Assembly (NCBI GenBank): GCA_048882385.1
Contig: JBHLRQ010000009.1
Span: 1 to 53,324 of the forward strand
Direction: 5' to 3'
DNA from: Candidatus Thorarchaeota archaeon
Lineage (GTDB): Archaea; Asgardarchaeota; Thorarchaeia; Thorarchaeales; Thorarchaeaceae
DNA length: 53,324 nucleotides
Position numbers and translations under genes: made by a program. Below are positions 8,063 to 17,599 of the stretch, one piece after another; positions within the stretch are counted from its first letter, which is position 1; each line of letters starts with the position of its first letter. Below the pieces are notes generated by a model. It was given only the letters and a program-made list of their open reading frames with translations. It searched no databases and had not been told where the DNA came from.

Positions 8063-10828
8063 TTAGTATAGTTCAACTGGTACCCAGAAAGTATTCCAAC
8101 TAACCGTGAATGAAGGGTCACCAAAATTCACGTTGTTCCACCAGAGTAGTCTAATCTGATAGTTCATTCCAGGGGACATTGGAACATCCTGTGGATCTCC
8201 ACCATCCAGTGGTACGATGAACTCGATTACATTCTCGCCTGTGGCAAACTCAGTCGAGTTTGTGCCTGTCGAGTCTTCAGCCCAGGTTCCATCATAACGG
8301 ATATGACCATCAAAGTCCTGACCATTGTAGTTTACAATACGAAGGTCAGAATGCTCAGGCTGTCCGATTGGTGAGATTTGTATACCAAAGGCATCATCTC
8401 CTAGTGTGTAATTGTCCATCTTGATTCCATAGTAGATGTGGGTGGAGTTTGCCTCTGTATACACCCTGGCTTGATACCCGCCACCGAATGCAACGGGATA
8501 GCTAGCGAAGCCGAGTTCAGACCCGTTTATTCTGCCATCGAGGGTTGCTGCAATACCAGACAGGTCCAGAGTGGGATTCCAATCAGCCTCAGTCATGTTT
8601 AACCACTGATAGTACATGGTGTAATCAATCTCATAGATCTTGACGGTGCCATATGATGATGAGATAAAGGGTTCTTCGAACACTCCATGAAGGTCGACTG
8701 GCATATGAGAGGTCCAATCATCATCATTCCAGAGGACCTGATCAAGACTGATACGTGTATCAGAAAGCCCCAAGATGTTTGCTTCTTCTTGGTCTTTTGG
8801 CTCTCCATATGACAGAAGTCTGTAGAGTGTGGACTCGTAGAACGCTTCCAGAGTTACATCATTGGGTCCTAAATAGGTGTCATCGTCAATGACATTGCTC
8901 CCGAAGTTGTCCTCTGCAATACGAACCATCCACGGCCATTTTCCTTCATCTCCACCAAATCCTTGGTATCTATGACCAAAGTACACGAGTACGTGTGTCG
9001 TATTCCATTTCTTGAAAGTCTTCAATGAATCCGTGAGATTGAGCGACATCAATGCATAACCCATCATGGCCACTTGCGTCTGGTTGAGCGTTCCATTATC
9101 TACTATTGTCTTTGCATCGGATCCACTATTTATCCAGTAGCCATAATCCCACCAACTTGCTATTATTGACCCGGTAGGCAGATTATTCCGGATATAGGTC
9201 ATGGCTGTCTGCCAATCTGTGGCTTGACCACTTGATGACAGAGGAGCCTGTGCAAACTCAGGATTGCCTACCTGGTAGGATACGTATTGTACTCCCAGAA
9301 TGATGTTTACTGAGAGTAATAGTCCAACAAATGCAAAAGCTGTAAGAGCATGCTCTGATGTCAGAGAAGAGCTCATTCTAAACCTTCGTCTCTCAAACAC
9401 TGATTTCTGTGTGATTACTTTTGCAAATGGTGATAGGATATTGTATGTAGCCACTGCAGCAAGGACTGAAACGCCGGGAGCAAGAATCAGACTAAGACGA
9501 ATCATGCTTCCTGCAAAGTAGACTGATGTAAGTCCATAAATGAGTATAAACCAATCTTCATCGCGACCTCGCTTGAATGCAAAATACATGCCTAGCGGGA
9601 AGAAGAAGATCAGTATCAGGAGTGTGTTGTAAAAACTTCCCCACGGACTTGGTAAATGCTCAGCCACGGACGCGAGTATTCGTTGATCTAGTCGCGTGAA
9701 GGGATTAATCACTGTAAGAAACTTGGATCCAAGCCGTAATATCGGATTTGAACTGTATGGAGTGATTTCAAGCTCGGAACCACCAGCATACAATATGTAT
9801 GCAATAACACCAATGAGAGGTGTAATCAAACCGACAATTATTGGTTTCATATATGGTGACAGCGTACTGGCGGTTGTTTCACGATAGCTCCCAATTCTAA
9901 GCCAGATTTCATAAGCAAACAAGACCCCTGCCATTCCCATTGGAGCAAGAATTGAGAAATCAGTGAGGTTGTGGAAACCATTTCGGGGAATCAAATCCCC
10001 AATGAAAATACCTAATGCTATTGTAATCATGTAGGTGGATAGCAGGCGTTTACTATATCGCCCCATTATCAACATGACACCAGCGTAAAGAGCAAGAAAA
10101 CCAAGCATGAATTCTGCAGCACCCCAAGAAACCAGAAGGTATCCAAGTGATGCACCAGCTCCGACAGCAGATAGAGTAGAGCCACGTTTTAGACTTCTCA
10201 AGAACAAAAATGAAGTCAATACAATAGCAAATACGCCAATACACTCGTTGTCATAGAAACCAGCAACTGTTCGTGTGAGGAACGCTGGAATAAATGCCAT
10301 GAAGAGACCACTGAGAAGACCAACTGTATTGTTTGAGAGTTCTCTTCCCAGGAAGAATGCCACAACTGCTGTAAGTGCACCCATAAAGGCTGGGAGGATT
10401 ATAGAAACGGTGAGTACGTCAACCTGAATTCCGAGTCCATTCAGTAGGAAGTAGAATAAGGCACTAGTGAATGGAACACCAATGTAGCTGGTCCTCGCCA
10501 TATCGCGCCCCCAAGGTACCCAAGTAGCATCATCATACCAAGTGAAGAAGGCGCTATATCCATTCTCAGTAACATAATCAGTGACCCGTAACTGGAACCA
10601 GGGGTCGAAAGCACGGACTATTGGTTGAGTGTCAATCAATGGTTCTAGCCGTATTAGTAGGGCTGTTGTGAATATTAGAATAACAATCACAAGTAGCATG
10701 ACGGAACCACGTGAAATCTTTGCTTTTGGTCGATGGAATACCTTACGTAGGAATCTGCCAGTAGACCTTCTAAACTTGCCAAATGACATATAGGGTGCAG
10801 TCTCCGTGCTGTTTCGAACTATCGGCAT
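8063..10828 (-). CDS. aglB: Oligosaccharyltransferase STT3/AglB with C-terminal extra beta domain
   Basis: FDPWF, R-TVAGFYDNE, SVAEH, WWDYG, DNGT and DEGKWPWMVRIA motifs; about 13 TM segments. Confidence 0.95.
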   Translation of the reverse strand: MPIVRNSTETAPYMSFGKFRRSTGRFLRKVFHRPKAKISRGSVMLLVIVILIFTTALLIRLEPLIDTQPIVRAFDPWFQLRVTDYVTENGYSAFFTWYDDATWVPWGRDMARTSYIGVPFTSALFYFLLNGLGIQVDVLTVSIILPAFMGALTAVVAFFLGRELSNNTVGLLSGLFMAFIPAFLTRTVAGFYDNECIGVFAIVLTSFLFLRSLKRGSTLSAVGAGASLGYLLVSWGAAEFMLGFLALYAGVMLIMGRYSKRLLSTYMITIALGIFIGDLIPRNGFHNLTDFSILAPMGMAGVLFAYEIWLRIGSYRETTASTLSPYMKPIIVGLITPLIGVIAYILYAGGSELEITPYSSNPILRLGSKFLTVINPFTRLDQRILASVAEHLPSPWGSFYNTLLILIFFFPLGMYFAFKRGRDEDWFILIYGLTSVYFAGSMIRLSLILAPGVSVLAAVATYNILSPFAKVITQKSVFERRRFRMSSSLTSEHALTAFAFVGLLLSVNIILGVQYVSYQVGNPEFAQAPLSSSGQATDWQTAMTYIRNNLPTGSIIASWWDYGYWINSGSDAKTIVDNGTLNQTQVAMMGYALMSLNLTDSLKTFKKWNTTHVLVYFGHRYQGFGGDEGKWPWMVRIAEDNFGSNVIDDDTYLGPNDVTLEAFYESTLYRLLSYGEPKDQEEANILGLSDTRISLDQVLWNDDDWTSHMPVDLHGVFEEPFISSSYGTVKIYEIDYTMYYQWLNMTEADWNPTLDLSGIAATLDGRINGSELGFASYPVAFGGGYQARVYTEANSTHIYYGIKMDNYTLGDDAFGIQISPIGQPEHSDLRIVNYNGQDFDGHIRYDGTWAEDSTGTNSTEFATGENVIEFIVPLDGGDPQDVPMSPGMNYQIRLLWWNNVNFGDPSFTVSWNTFWVPVELY

Positions 10829-10962
10829 CGATTTTGCGATGTGCTAAAAAGGTTGCTGTTAATAGGAAAGTCGTCCTATGCTATAAAGTGCGCTAAACCG
10901 GAAATTTGGATTAAAGGAGCATGGAAGAAACAAACGTTTCTTGACCATGTTCTATTTTGAAC

Positions 10963-11358
10963 TTATAGTGACTCTATGAACGCTTTGTATCCTGCAGCAT
11001 CCATGAGTTTAGCTAAGTCAGCATCAAGATTTGATGGTTTTATTTTAAACATCCAACCCTTGCCATATGGATCCTCATTCACAATCTCAGGAGCGTCCTC
11101 GAGCTGACTGTTAACCTCGACAATTTCACCAGCCACTGGTGTAAAAATATCTGAGCTTGCTTTCATAGACTCAACAAGTCCACATTCACTGTTAGCCTCT
11201 AAGACCGTACCAACTTCGGATATTTCCACAAATGTGATTTCATGAAGGGAGTCCTGAGCGTAATCAGTAATACCAACTATGGCAATGTCTCCCTCAACCT
11301 TGATCCATTCATGGTCTTTGCTATATCTCAATCCTTCTTTGATTTCGGTTTCACTCAT
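10963..11358 (-). CDS. gcvH: Glycine cleavage system H protein
   Basis: YSKDHEWI, VGITDYAQ, lipoyl-Lys VESMKAS, NEDPYGKGW. Confidence 0.96.
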   Translation of the reverse strand: MSETEIKEGLRYSKDHEWIKVEGDIAIVGITDYAQDSLHEITFVEISEVGTVLEANSECGLVESMKASSDIFTPVAGEIVEVNSQLEDAPEIVNEDPYGKGWMFKIKPSNLDADLAKLMDAAGYKAFIESL

Positions 11359-11401
11359 TTCAGATCCACCAACGTTCTGCGAGAGACGTGCCTAACATAA
11401 A

Positions 11402-12559
11402 TCAGTTTGGATATTTGGTTCTTGAGGCTCCATAGAGTTCTGTATCAAAGAACGGCCACTTTGTGACCTCAGCCTTTCTTACTCGTCCTTTGATGTCAAC
11501 CTCAACTATATCACCTTCGTCCACCAATCCGGGAGTGACGTATCCCAGGGCTATGCCTCTGTTAAGGGTCGGTGCTAGACCTCCACTAGTTGTTTCACCG
11601 ATGGGGTCACCGTTTTTCAATATTGGATAATGTTCTCTTGGGATTCCTCTGTCAATCATAACAAGACCAATCCGTATTTTGCGAATTCCACCCTCTTGTT
11701 TGTGGTTTTTGACAACGTCATATCCAATGTACTGAGGGTCCACCTTGAATTTCACCGCATAAGGGATTTGAGCTTCAATTGGGGATGTTTCTTCATCGAG
11801 CTCATGGCCATAAAGAACAAATCCTGCTTCTAGACGGGCAGAGTCTCGAGCACCTAAACCACATGGTCTAATATCGAACTCTTTGCCTTGTTTTAGAAGC
11901 TCTTCCCAGAATTCAATTGCTTTCTTCTTTCCTTCATCATTGAAGGGAGTGTCTAGAAGAAGTATCTCTACGCCATCCTCTCCCGTGTACCCAGTCCTGC
12001 AAAGATAGCAGTCATATCCCGCAAGGTTGACAGGATACGACGAAAAACGAGGGTACTCGCTTACATCTCTACTGGCCATCTTGTTCATCAGCTTGAAGGC
12101 ATTTGGGCCTTGCACCGCGATCATAGTGATTTCACGAGATTTGTCCTTCACTTCTACATTGAAATTACTCGCATGTTTCTCTAGATGATCTCTAATCTTG
12201 GGACCGTTCGCTGCATTTGTGATCCAGATGTATTTCTCCTCTCCGACTCGGTAAAGTGTAAGATCATCATGAATTCCACCGTACTCATTGAGACAGGTTG
12301 TGTATTGACCTCCGTTGATGGCTAGTTTACTAACGTTGTTGGTTGTCAATGTCTGAAGGAACTCAGCTGCTTGAGGACCACTGATTATGAATCTCGACAT
12401 ATGTGAAGTGTCAAACATTCCAATACTGTTTCTAACTGCCATGTGTTCCTCTCTGATGTCGGTGTAACGAACTGGCATTTCCCATCCTGCGAAAGGGATA
12501 ACGTCACCATGCTTAACGTGCCAGTCATAGAGATGTGTGCGTTGTAATACATCATTCAT
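11402..12559 (-). CDS. gcvT: Glycine cleavage system T protein (aminomethyltransferase)
   Basis: FAGWEMPVRY, FDTSHM, RTGYTGEDG, GLGARDSARLEAG; start set at ATG 12559. Confidence 0.96.
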   Translation of the reverse strand: MNDVLQRTHLYDWHVKHGDVIPFAGWEMPVRYTDIREEHMAVRNSIGMFDTSHMSRFIISGPQAAEFLQTLTTNNVSKLAINGGQYTTCLNEYGGIHDDLTLYRVGEEKYIWITNAANGPKIRDHLEKHASNFNVEVKDKSREITMIAVQGPNAFKLMNKMASRDVSEYPRFSSYPVNLAGYDCYLCRTGYTGEDGVEILLLDTPFNDEGKKKAIEFWEELLKQGKEFDIRPCGLGARDSARLEAGFVLYGHELDEETSPIEAQIPYAVKFKVDPQYIGYDVVKNHKQEGGIRKIRIGLVMIDRGIPREHYPILKNGDPIGETTSGGLAPTLNRGIALGYVTPGLVDEGDIVEVDIKGRVRKAEVTKWPFFDTELYGASRTKYPN

Positions 12560-12659
12560 GTGTATGCACCTGTCAAAAGACACTTGGGGGTGTGTCGTAG
12601 CGGAATCAGTATCATTTTATTTCCTTCTATGCAGCTATGCATTTGGAGGAACTCGATTC

Positions 12660-13475
12660 TTGGCTAGCGTGAGAGAACTCAAGATTGGACCAAAGCATCC
12701 AGTTCGTGTTATGGGAGTAATCAACCTATCTCCTGAGTCATTTTACAAAAAGTCTGTTGCAGGGAGTACTGACGAGTTCATAGAGATGCTTAAGAGAACT
12801 GTTTCAGAGGGGGCGGACTTGATTGACATAGGCGGAGCATCTACTGCTCCTAAGAGCATCTATCGCACTTCAGACATATCAAGAGAGGAGGAAATCAACA
12901 GGGTCAAAGCTACGATGGAGTTCATTGATGATATCAAACAACCAGTTTCGATTGATACAACATCAGCAGAAGTTGCAGAGGTGGCTCTTGACCTAGGTGC
13001 TTCAATGGTCAACGATATTTCTGGTTTTAGACATGACCCGAAAATGGCGGAACTGGTTGCGAATCGAGGTGTACCAGTAGTGCTTATGGCGAACTGTGGT
13101 TCTCCCTGTACTAATATTAAGGCATCTCTCAACTCCCTGGAACATAGTCTCACAATAGCAAGAGAACATGCGATCGATTCCAAGATGATAATCCTAGATC
13201 CAGGTATTGGGTTTGGAAAGCTACCAGAAGTTGACCTTGAGATCTTAAGAAATCTAGATAGATTTGTGAATCTAGGATATCCGCTCCTAGTCGGTGTGTC
13301 AAGGAAGGCATTCATAGGTCACCTACTCGACCAAAATGATCCTGATGATCGTTTGATTGGTACTATAGCGGCGACGGCCATTGCAGTAATGAATGGTGCA
13401 AACATAATTCGTGCTCATGATGTGAAGGAGGCAAGAATTGCAGCGCATCTTGGTAGTGCCCTGCGGAAGCGTTAA
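12660..13475 (+). CDS. folP: Dihydropteroate synthase
   Basis: VMGVINLSPESF, IDIGGAST, SIDT, VNDISG, LDPGIGFGK, GVSRKAF, IRAHDV; TTG start after GGAGGA. Confidence 0.93.
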   Translation: MASVRELKIGPKHPVRVMGVINLSPESFYKKSVAGSTDEFIEMLKRTVSEGADLIDIGGASTAPKSIYRTSDISREEEINRVKATMEFIDDIKQPVSIDTTSAEVAEVALDLGASMVNDISGFRHDPKMAELVANRGVPVVLMANCGSPCTNIKASLNSLEHSLTIAREHAIDSKMIILDPGIGFGKLPEVDLEILRNLDRFVNLGYPLLVGVSRKAFIGHLLDQNDPDDRLIGTIAATAIAVMNGANIIRAHDVKEARIAAHLGSALRKR

Positions 13476-13489
13476 AGAATGAGTGAATC

Positions 13490-14206
13490 ATGATGGAATG
13501 GAACGAATGGCATCCAATCTATTTGGACATTGTTGAGAGGCTGGAACTGGATGTTGGAAGAGACAAAAAGGCAACGGAACTACTTAGTCGTTTGCTTGCG
13601 GATATTGACCCTCAACCGTTACTTGATAGATTACGAAATACAATTGCTGGGAAGACCATCATAGTCTGTGGAGCAGGACCTTCACTTGATCGTCATTTGA
13701 AACAACTTCAGGAAGATGATGAAATATCAAAGTCGGTCATCGTTGTTGCAGATGGTGCTGTTTCAGTAGTTACGGAACAAGATATCGATTGTGATATTGT
13801 CGTGACAGATCTGGATGGAAACTTGGAACATCTCAAAGATGCTGCCTACAAAGGCGCTTTACTAATTGTCCATGCTCATGGTGACAACATGGATGTTGTA
13901 GAATCAGTTGTTCCAAAACTTGGTAACATTCTAGGAAGCACTCAAGTCGAGCCAACAAATCGAGCCTTTCTTTGGGGAGGATTCACGGATGGGGACAGAG
14001 CCTGCTACATCATTAGGGAGTATTCTCCTGCTAAAATAATACTTGCAGGAATGGACTTTGGCAACACTGTAGGCAAATGGTCCAAACCAGGACATGATGC
14101 TCATTTTTCTGCTGGAAGGATAAAACGAATCAAACTAGAGATAGCTGAGGAGCTAATCTCTGGTCTACTGCAGCGTTCAGAGATTGAATACGTACGCCTG
14201 AAATAG
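13490..14206 (+). CDS. mptE: 6-hydroxymethyl-7,8-dihydropterin pyrophosphokinase (DUF115)
   Basis: GAGPSL, ADGA, VTDLDG, HAHGDN, GGFTDGDRA, GMDF motifs; directly downstream of folP. Confidence 0.92.
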   Translation: MMEWNEWHPIYLDIVERLELDVGRDKKATELLSRLLADIDPQPLLDRLRNTIAGKTIIVCGAGPSLDRHLKQLQEDDEISKSVIVVADGAVSVVTEQDIDCDIVVTDLDGNLEHLKDAAYKGALLIVHAHGDNMDVVESVVPKLGNILGSTQVEPTNRAFLWGGFTDGDRACYIIREYSPAKIILAGMDFGNTVGKWSKPGHDAHFSAGRIKRIKLEIAEELISGLLQRSEIEYVRLK

Positions 14207-14244
14207 ACTGGAACGTCATAATTCATTGAGTTGGGATGAAATCC

Positions 14245-14694
14245 CTAACCAATAAATCCAGCTTTTAGACTCCAAAGATAACTGAAGATTAGGAAGGATA
14301 CACCAGCCATAATCATCCCCAGTACCATCAGTCTTGTTGCATAACCAGGTTGGAACACGTATTTGGAGCCAAAATAGACCAGTCCAAGTCCACATACTCC
14401 TACAAGGATGACTACTGACGCAACAATACCTTCCATGCCCAACTGTTGATCAAGTCCAGGAGCAATAAGAATTGGTGCTCCTGAGGAGCCTCCTGCAATT
14501 GCAGGGGGTGATCGAACTAGTGTATAGATATTTCCACCGAGGACGAATAAGATAACTACAAATATGAGCCCAAATATGACTATGTCCGGAGGACGACTTG
14601 GCATTCTGAAACTGGGCCTAGTGAGTCGTACTCTGGGTCTTACAATGATCCTCGGCCACCAAGGCTTCAAGTATCTTACCTCGACGGCTCCCAA
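14245..14694 (-). CDS. OST3/OST6-family membrane protein, DC2/OSTC-like (no thioredoxin domain)
   Basis: Three TM helices; GGNIY...PP, QQLGMEGIVAS and C-terminal K match the recalled OSTC pattern GGIIY..PP..QYIMEGLASS; TTG start uncertain. Confidence 0.8.
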   Translation of the reverse strand: MGAVEVRYLKPWWPRIIVRPRVRLTRPSFRMPSRPPDIVIFGLIFVVILFVLGGNIYTLVRSPPAIAGGSSGAPILIAPGLDQQLGMEGIVASVVILVGVCGLGLVYFGSKYVFQPGYATRLMVLGMIMAGVSFLIFSYLWSLKAGFIG

Positions 14695-14785
14695 TTTGTG
14701 TCTGCTTTTAAGACTATCGCGATATGCAAAGATGTACTAGTCTGAATTACGTGCTTGCGCCACAATGGCTATTTGAGAAAGAGAA

Positions 14786-16951
14786 ATGTCTGTAAATGAC
14801 AAAGAGGAGAAAGAGAATACTGTGTCTAGAGTAATGATCATCACAGAAAAACCAACTGCTGCAAAACGGATAGCAAACGCTCTCGATGATGATCAAGCAC
14901 CTGTTGAAGTAAAGAAACGTGGAGCTTCATATTATGAATGCAAAAGAGGTGATGATGAGCTCTTAGTGATATATGCACTTGGACACCTCTTCGAGCTGAA
15001 ACAGATCGAAAAAGGTTGGACGTATCCACGTCTGAAAACAAAATGGGTCCCAAAGTATGAAGTTGAAAAGAAAGCTACGCAGACAAAGCCAATTATAAAT
15101 CTGATAGGAAAACTGTCGAAAGATATTGATTCCTTTGTTGTTGCTACCGACTTTGATATTGAGGGCAGTCTCATTGGATATCTTACAGTGAAGTATGCCT
15201 GCAAAGCTGATCCAGCAATGGCACATCGGATGTTCTTTTCCACTCTCACAAATAATGAGATTCAGGAGGCCTATGACTCGATGTCCAATAGTCTTGACTT
15301 CCCAATAATTGAGTCTGGTCAAGTACGGCACGAGGTTGATTGGCTCTTTGGAATAAATCTCACACGAGCACTAACTCTAGCTGTGAAGAATACTGCAGGT
15401 TGGTTCAAGATCATATCTACTGGAAGAGTTCAAGGTCCAACTTTATCGTTTGTTGCAATGAGAGAACAGGAAATCAACGTGTTTGTCCCACAACCTTTCT
15501 GGGTGATTCAAACAAGAGCGATGCATAATGGTGTGGAGATAGATCTTGAGTATTCAAAGAAAAGATTGGATATTGAAGCTGAAGCTCAAAATATAGTGAG
15601 TGACCTAGAAGACGAAACAGCTCATGTCGACTCAATAAATAGCAGGACTACAACGCAAAATCCCCACCCTCCATTCAATCTCAGCGGCCTTCAGTCAGAA
15701 TCATATCGTCATTTTGGCTTCAAGCCAAGTCGAACTCTAGCTGTTGCTCAGTCACTCTATCTGGAGGGACTCATATCATACCCTCGTACTAGTAGTGAGA
15801 AGATCCCTGACACATTGGACTTGAGAGAGATTCTGAGTGGAATTTCAACGATGAAGAACTATGCTTCACTTGCAAAGAAGGTGCTCAAGAATGAAAGTTT
15901 CATCCCAGTTCAAGGGAATAAATCGGACCCAGCTCATCCTGCAATTCATCCCACTGGTTCAAAGCCTACCAAACGTTTGACTCCAAATGAAAAGAAGTTG
16001 TATGATTTGATTGTTAGAAGGTTTCTTGCACTCTTTGGAGAACCAGCCCTAAAGGAGCATCTTAGAGCAGACATCAGCTGTAAAAATCATACATTGTATC
16101 TGAGGGGGCTAAGGATGTTAAAATATGGCTGGATGGAATTCTATGGCCCTTATGCAAAAACAGGGGAGAAAGAACTTCCTGAGATTTCTGAGGGAGATTC
16201 GATTTTATTGAGTCCAGTTATCTCGGAGGAACGACACACTCAACCACCACCCAGATTTAATCCAGCAAGTTTGTTGAAGCTACTTGAGAGGGAGAATCTA
16301 GGTACTAAAGCAACAAGGTCGAGAATTGTAGACTCAGTAAAATCAAGGGGTTACACTCTCAATGACAGGTTTGAACTCTCAACACTAGGTTATGCACTCT
16401 TTGAAACTTTGGAACAATACATGCCAGGTATGCTCTCTCCTGATTTGACTCGTCAGCTAGAGAAAGAAATGGATGAGATCCAGAAGGAACAGACGGACCG
16501 AGAGAAGGTGTTGTCAAGAGCAAAAGATGACCTATTAGAACTTCTTGAGGAATTCAAATCAAAAGAACCAGAGATTGGGAGTGCTCTTGTTTCAGGTCTT
16601 CAAAGATATTGGAAGTCAACTGAGGAACTTGGAGAATGTCCAAAATGTGGTGATGGTACGCTTCGAATAATCAGATCACCAAAAACAGGCAAGAGATTCA
16701 TTGGGTGTTCAAACTACAAAGACAATGTATGTGACCAGACGTTTGCACTTCCTCAGAAGGGAGATATCACTCCAATGGATGATATGTGTCCTTACTGTGG
16801 ACACAAAATGATTCAGGTGACATCAGGACGGCGAAAATGGGAAACTTGTATCAATTGGACTAACTGTCCTGGAAGGATTGAGGATCTCAAAGCACTAGAA
16901 GAACGAAGGACAAAACAGGATAAGAAAAAACAGGAGGCATCTGATCAATGA
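14786..16951 (+). CDS. topA: DNA topoisomerase type IA (TopA/Topo III) with C-terminal zinc ribbons
   Basis: ITEKP, ALGH, ATDFDIEG, STGRVQGPTL, ISYPRT active Tyr, HPAIHPT, LGTKATR, CPKC..C and CPYC. Confidence 0.95.
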   Translation: MSVNDKEEKENTVSRVMIITEKPTAAKRIANALDDDQAPVEVKKRGASYYECKRGDDELLVIYALGHLFELKQIEKGWTYPRLKTKWVPKYEVEKKATQTKPIINLIGKLSKDIDSFVVATDFDIEGSLIGYLTVKYACKADPAMAHRMFFSTLTNNEIQEAYDSMSNSLDFPIIESGQVRHEVDWLFGINLTRALTLAVKNTAGWFKIISTGRVQGPTLSFVAMREQEINVFVPQPFWVIQTRAMHNGVEIDLEYSKKRLDIEAEAQNIVSDLEDETAHVDSINSRTTTQNPHPPFNLSGLQSESYRHFGFKPSRTLAVAQSLYLEGLISYPRTSSEKIPDTLDLREILSGISTMKNYASLAKKVLKNESFIPVQGNKSDPAHPAIHPTGSKPTKRLTPNEKKLYDLIVRRFLALFGEPALKEHLRADISCKNHTLYLRGLRMLKYGWMEFYGPYAKTGEKELPEISEGDSILLSPVISEERHTQPPPRFNPASLLKLLERENLGTKATRSRIVDSVKSRGYTLNDRFELSTLGYALFETLEQYMPGMLSPDLTRQLEKEMDEIQKEQTDREKVLSRAKDDLLELLEEFKSKEPEIGSALVSGLQRYWKSTEELGECPKCGDGTLRIIRSPKTGKRFIGCSNYKDNVCDQTFALPQKGDITPMDDMCPYCGHKMIQVTSGRRKWETCINWTNCPGRIEDLKALEERRTKQDKKKQEASDQ

Positions 16952-17178
16952 CTGAATGCGAAATATGTGGTCGAGATGCCTTGAAAGACAATTTCTGCCG
17001 CTATCATCATGAAGCTCTGACCAATCTTAAGACAACATACGATGGATGGAAGAGAGCTACTGGAATAGATTGGGAAACATATATGGACAGACTCCTACAG
17101 ATTGAGGAAACAGGCCGCTGGGTAATAGATGTAATCGAGTATTTTAAGCAACAAGATGGTTCCTTAGAAGAGTTGTGA
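16948..17178 (+). CDS. Small C3H-type zinc-binding protein translationally coupled to topA
   Basis: CEIC...FCRYH; ATGA overlap with the topA stop. Confidence 0.75.
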   Translation: MTECEICGRDALKDNFCRYHHEALTNLKTTYDGWKRATGIDWETYMDRLLQIEETGRWVIDVIEYFKQQDGSLEEL

Positions 17179-17488
17179 GCTCCATCATGCTTTCGCGGGT
17201 AAGCGGGCTCATCCCCAAGACAAGCATACAGGTCTGATTTGTCCAAGAGGCAATTCTCTCTGCAAGAGTTCTTACAAGTGTGGCATCTAGACCCATGGTG
17301 AAGAGTCCGGAAGAAGTTGGTTCTGAACGCCCATGCCCTGCTGGTATTGCCACAGCAGCTATTCCTAATCTAAACTGGTCTGAATCTGAGATCAACACAA
17401 GCTGACCATTTGAGAGACTCATGACACGGACTCTGATAATCCCAGCAGTGGTTTCAGAAGAAAATTCTGTAATATCGTCAAACTCCAT
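17144..17488 (-). CDS. Proteasome assembly chaperone 4 (PAC4/Poc4)-like protein
   Basis: Pattern VMSLSNG.LVLIS / LG.AAVAIP / PTSSGLF / LAERIA..TN..C.L parallels recalled PSMG4 segments. Confidence 0.6.
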   Translation of the reverse strand: MEFDDITEFSSETTAGIIRVRVMSLSNGQLVLISDSDQFRLGIAAVAIPAGHGRSEPTSSGLFTMGLDATLVRTLAERIASWTNQTCMLVLGMSPLTRESMMELTTLLRNHLVA

Positions 17489-17599
17489 TACTGCTCAAAA
17501 AAAGGTTGATGCGGAGGGATATATCACTAACGCATTTTTGATTCCTCTATAAGCAACAGGATTATCAAGCCAAAAAATGAGCTCATAAATAGAGTTCAG

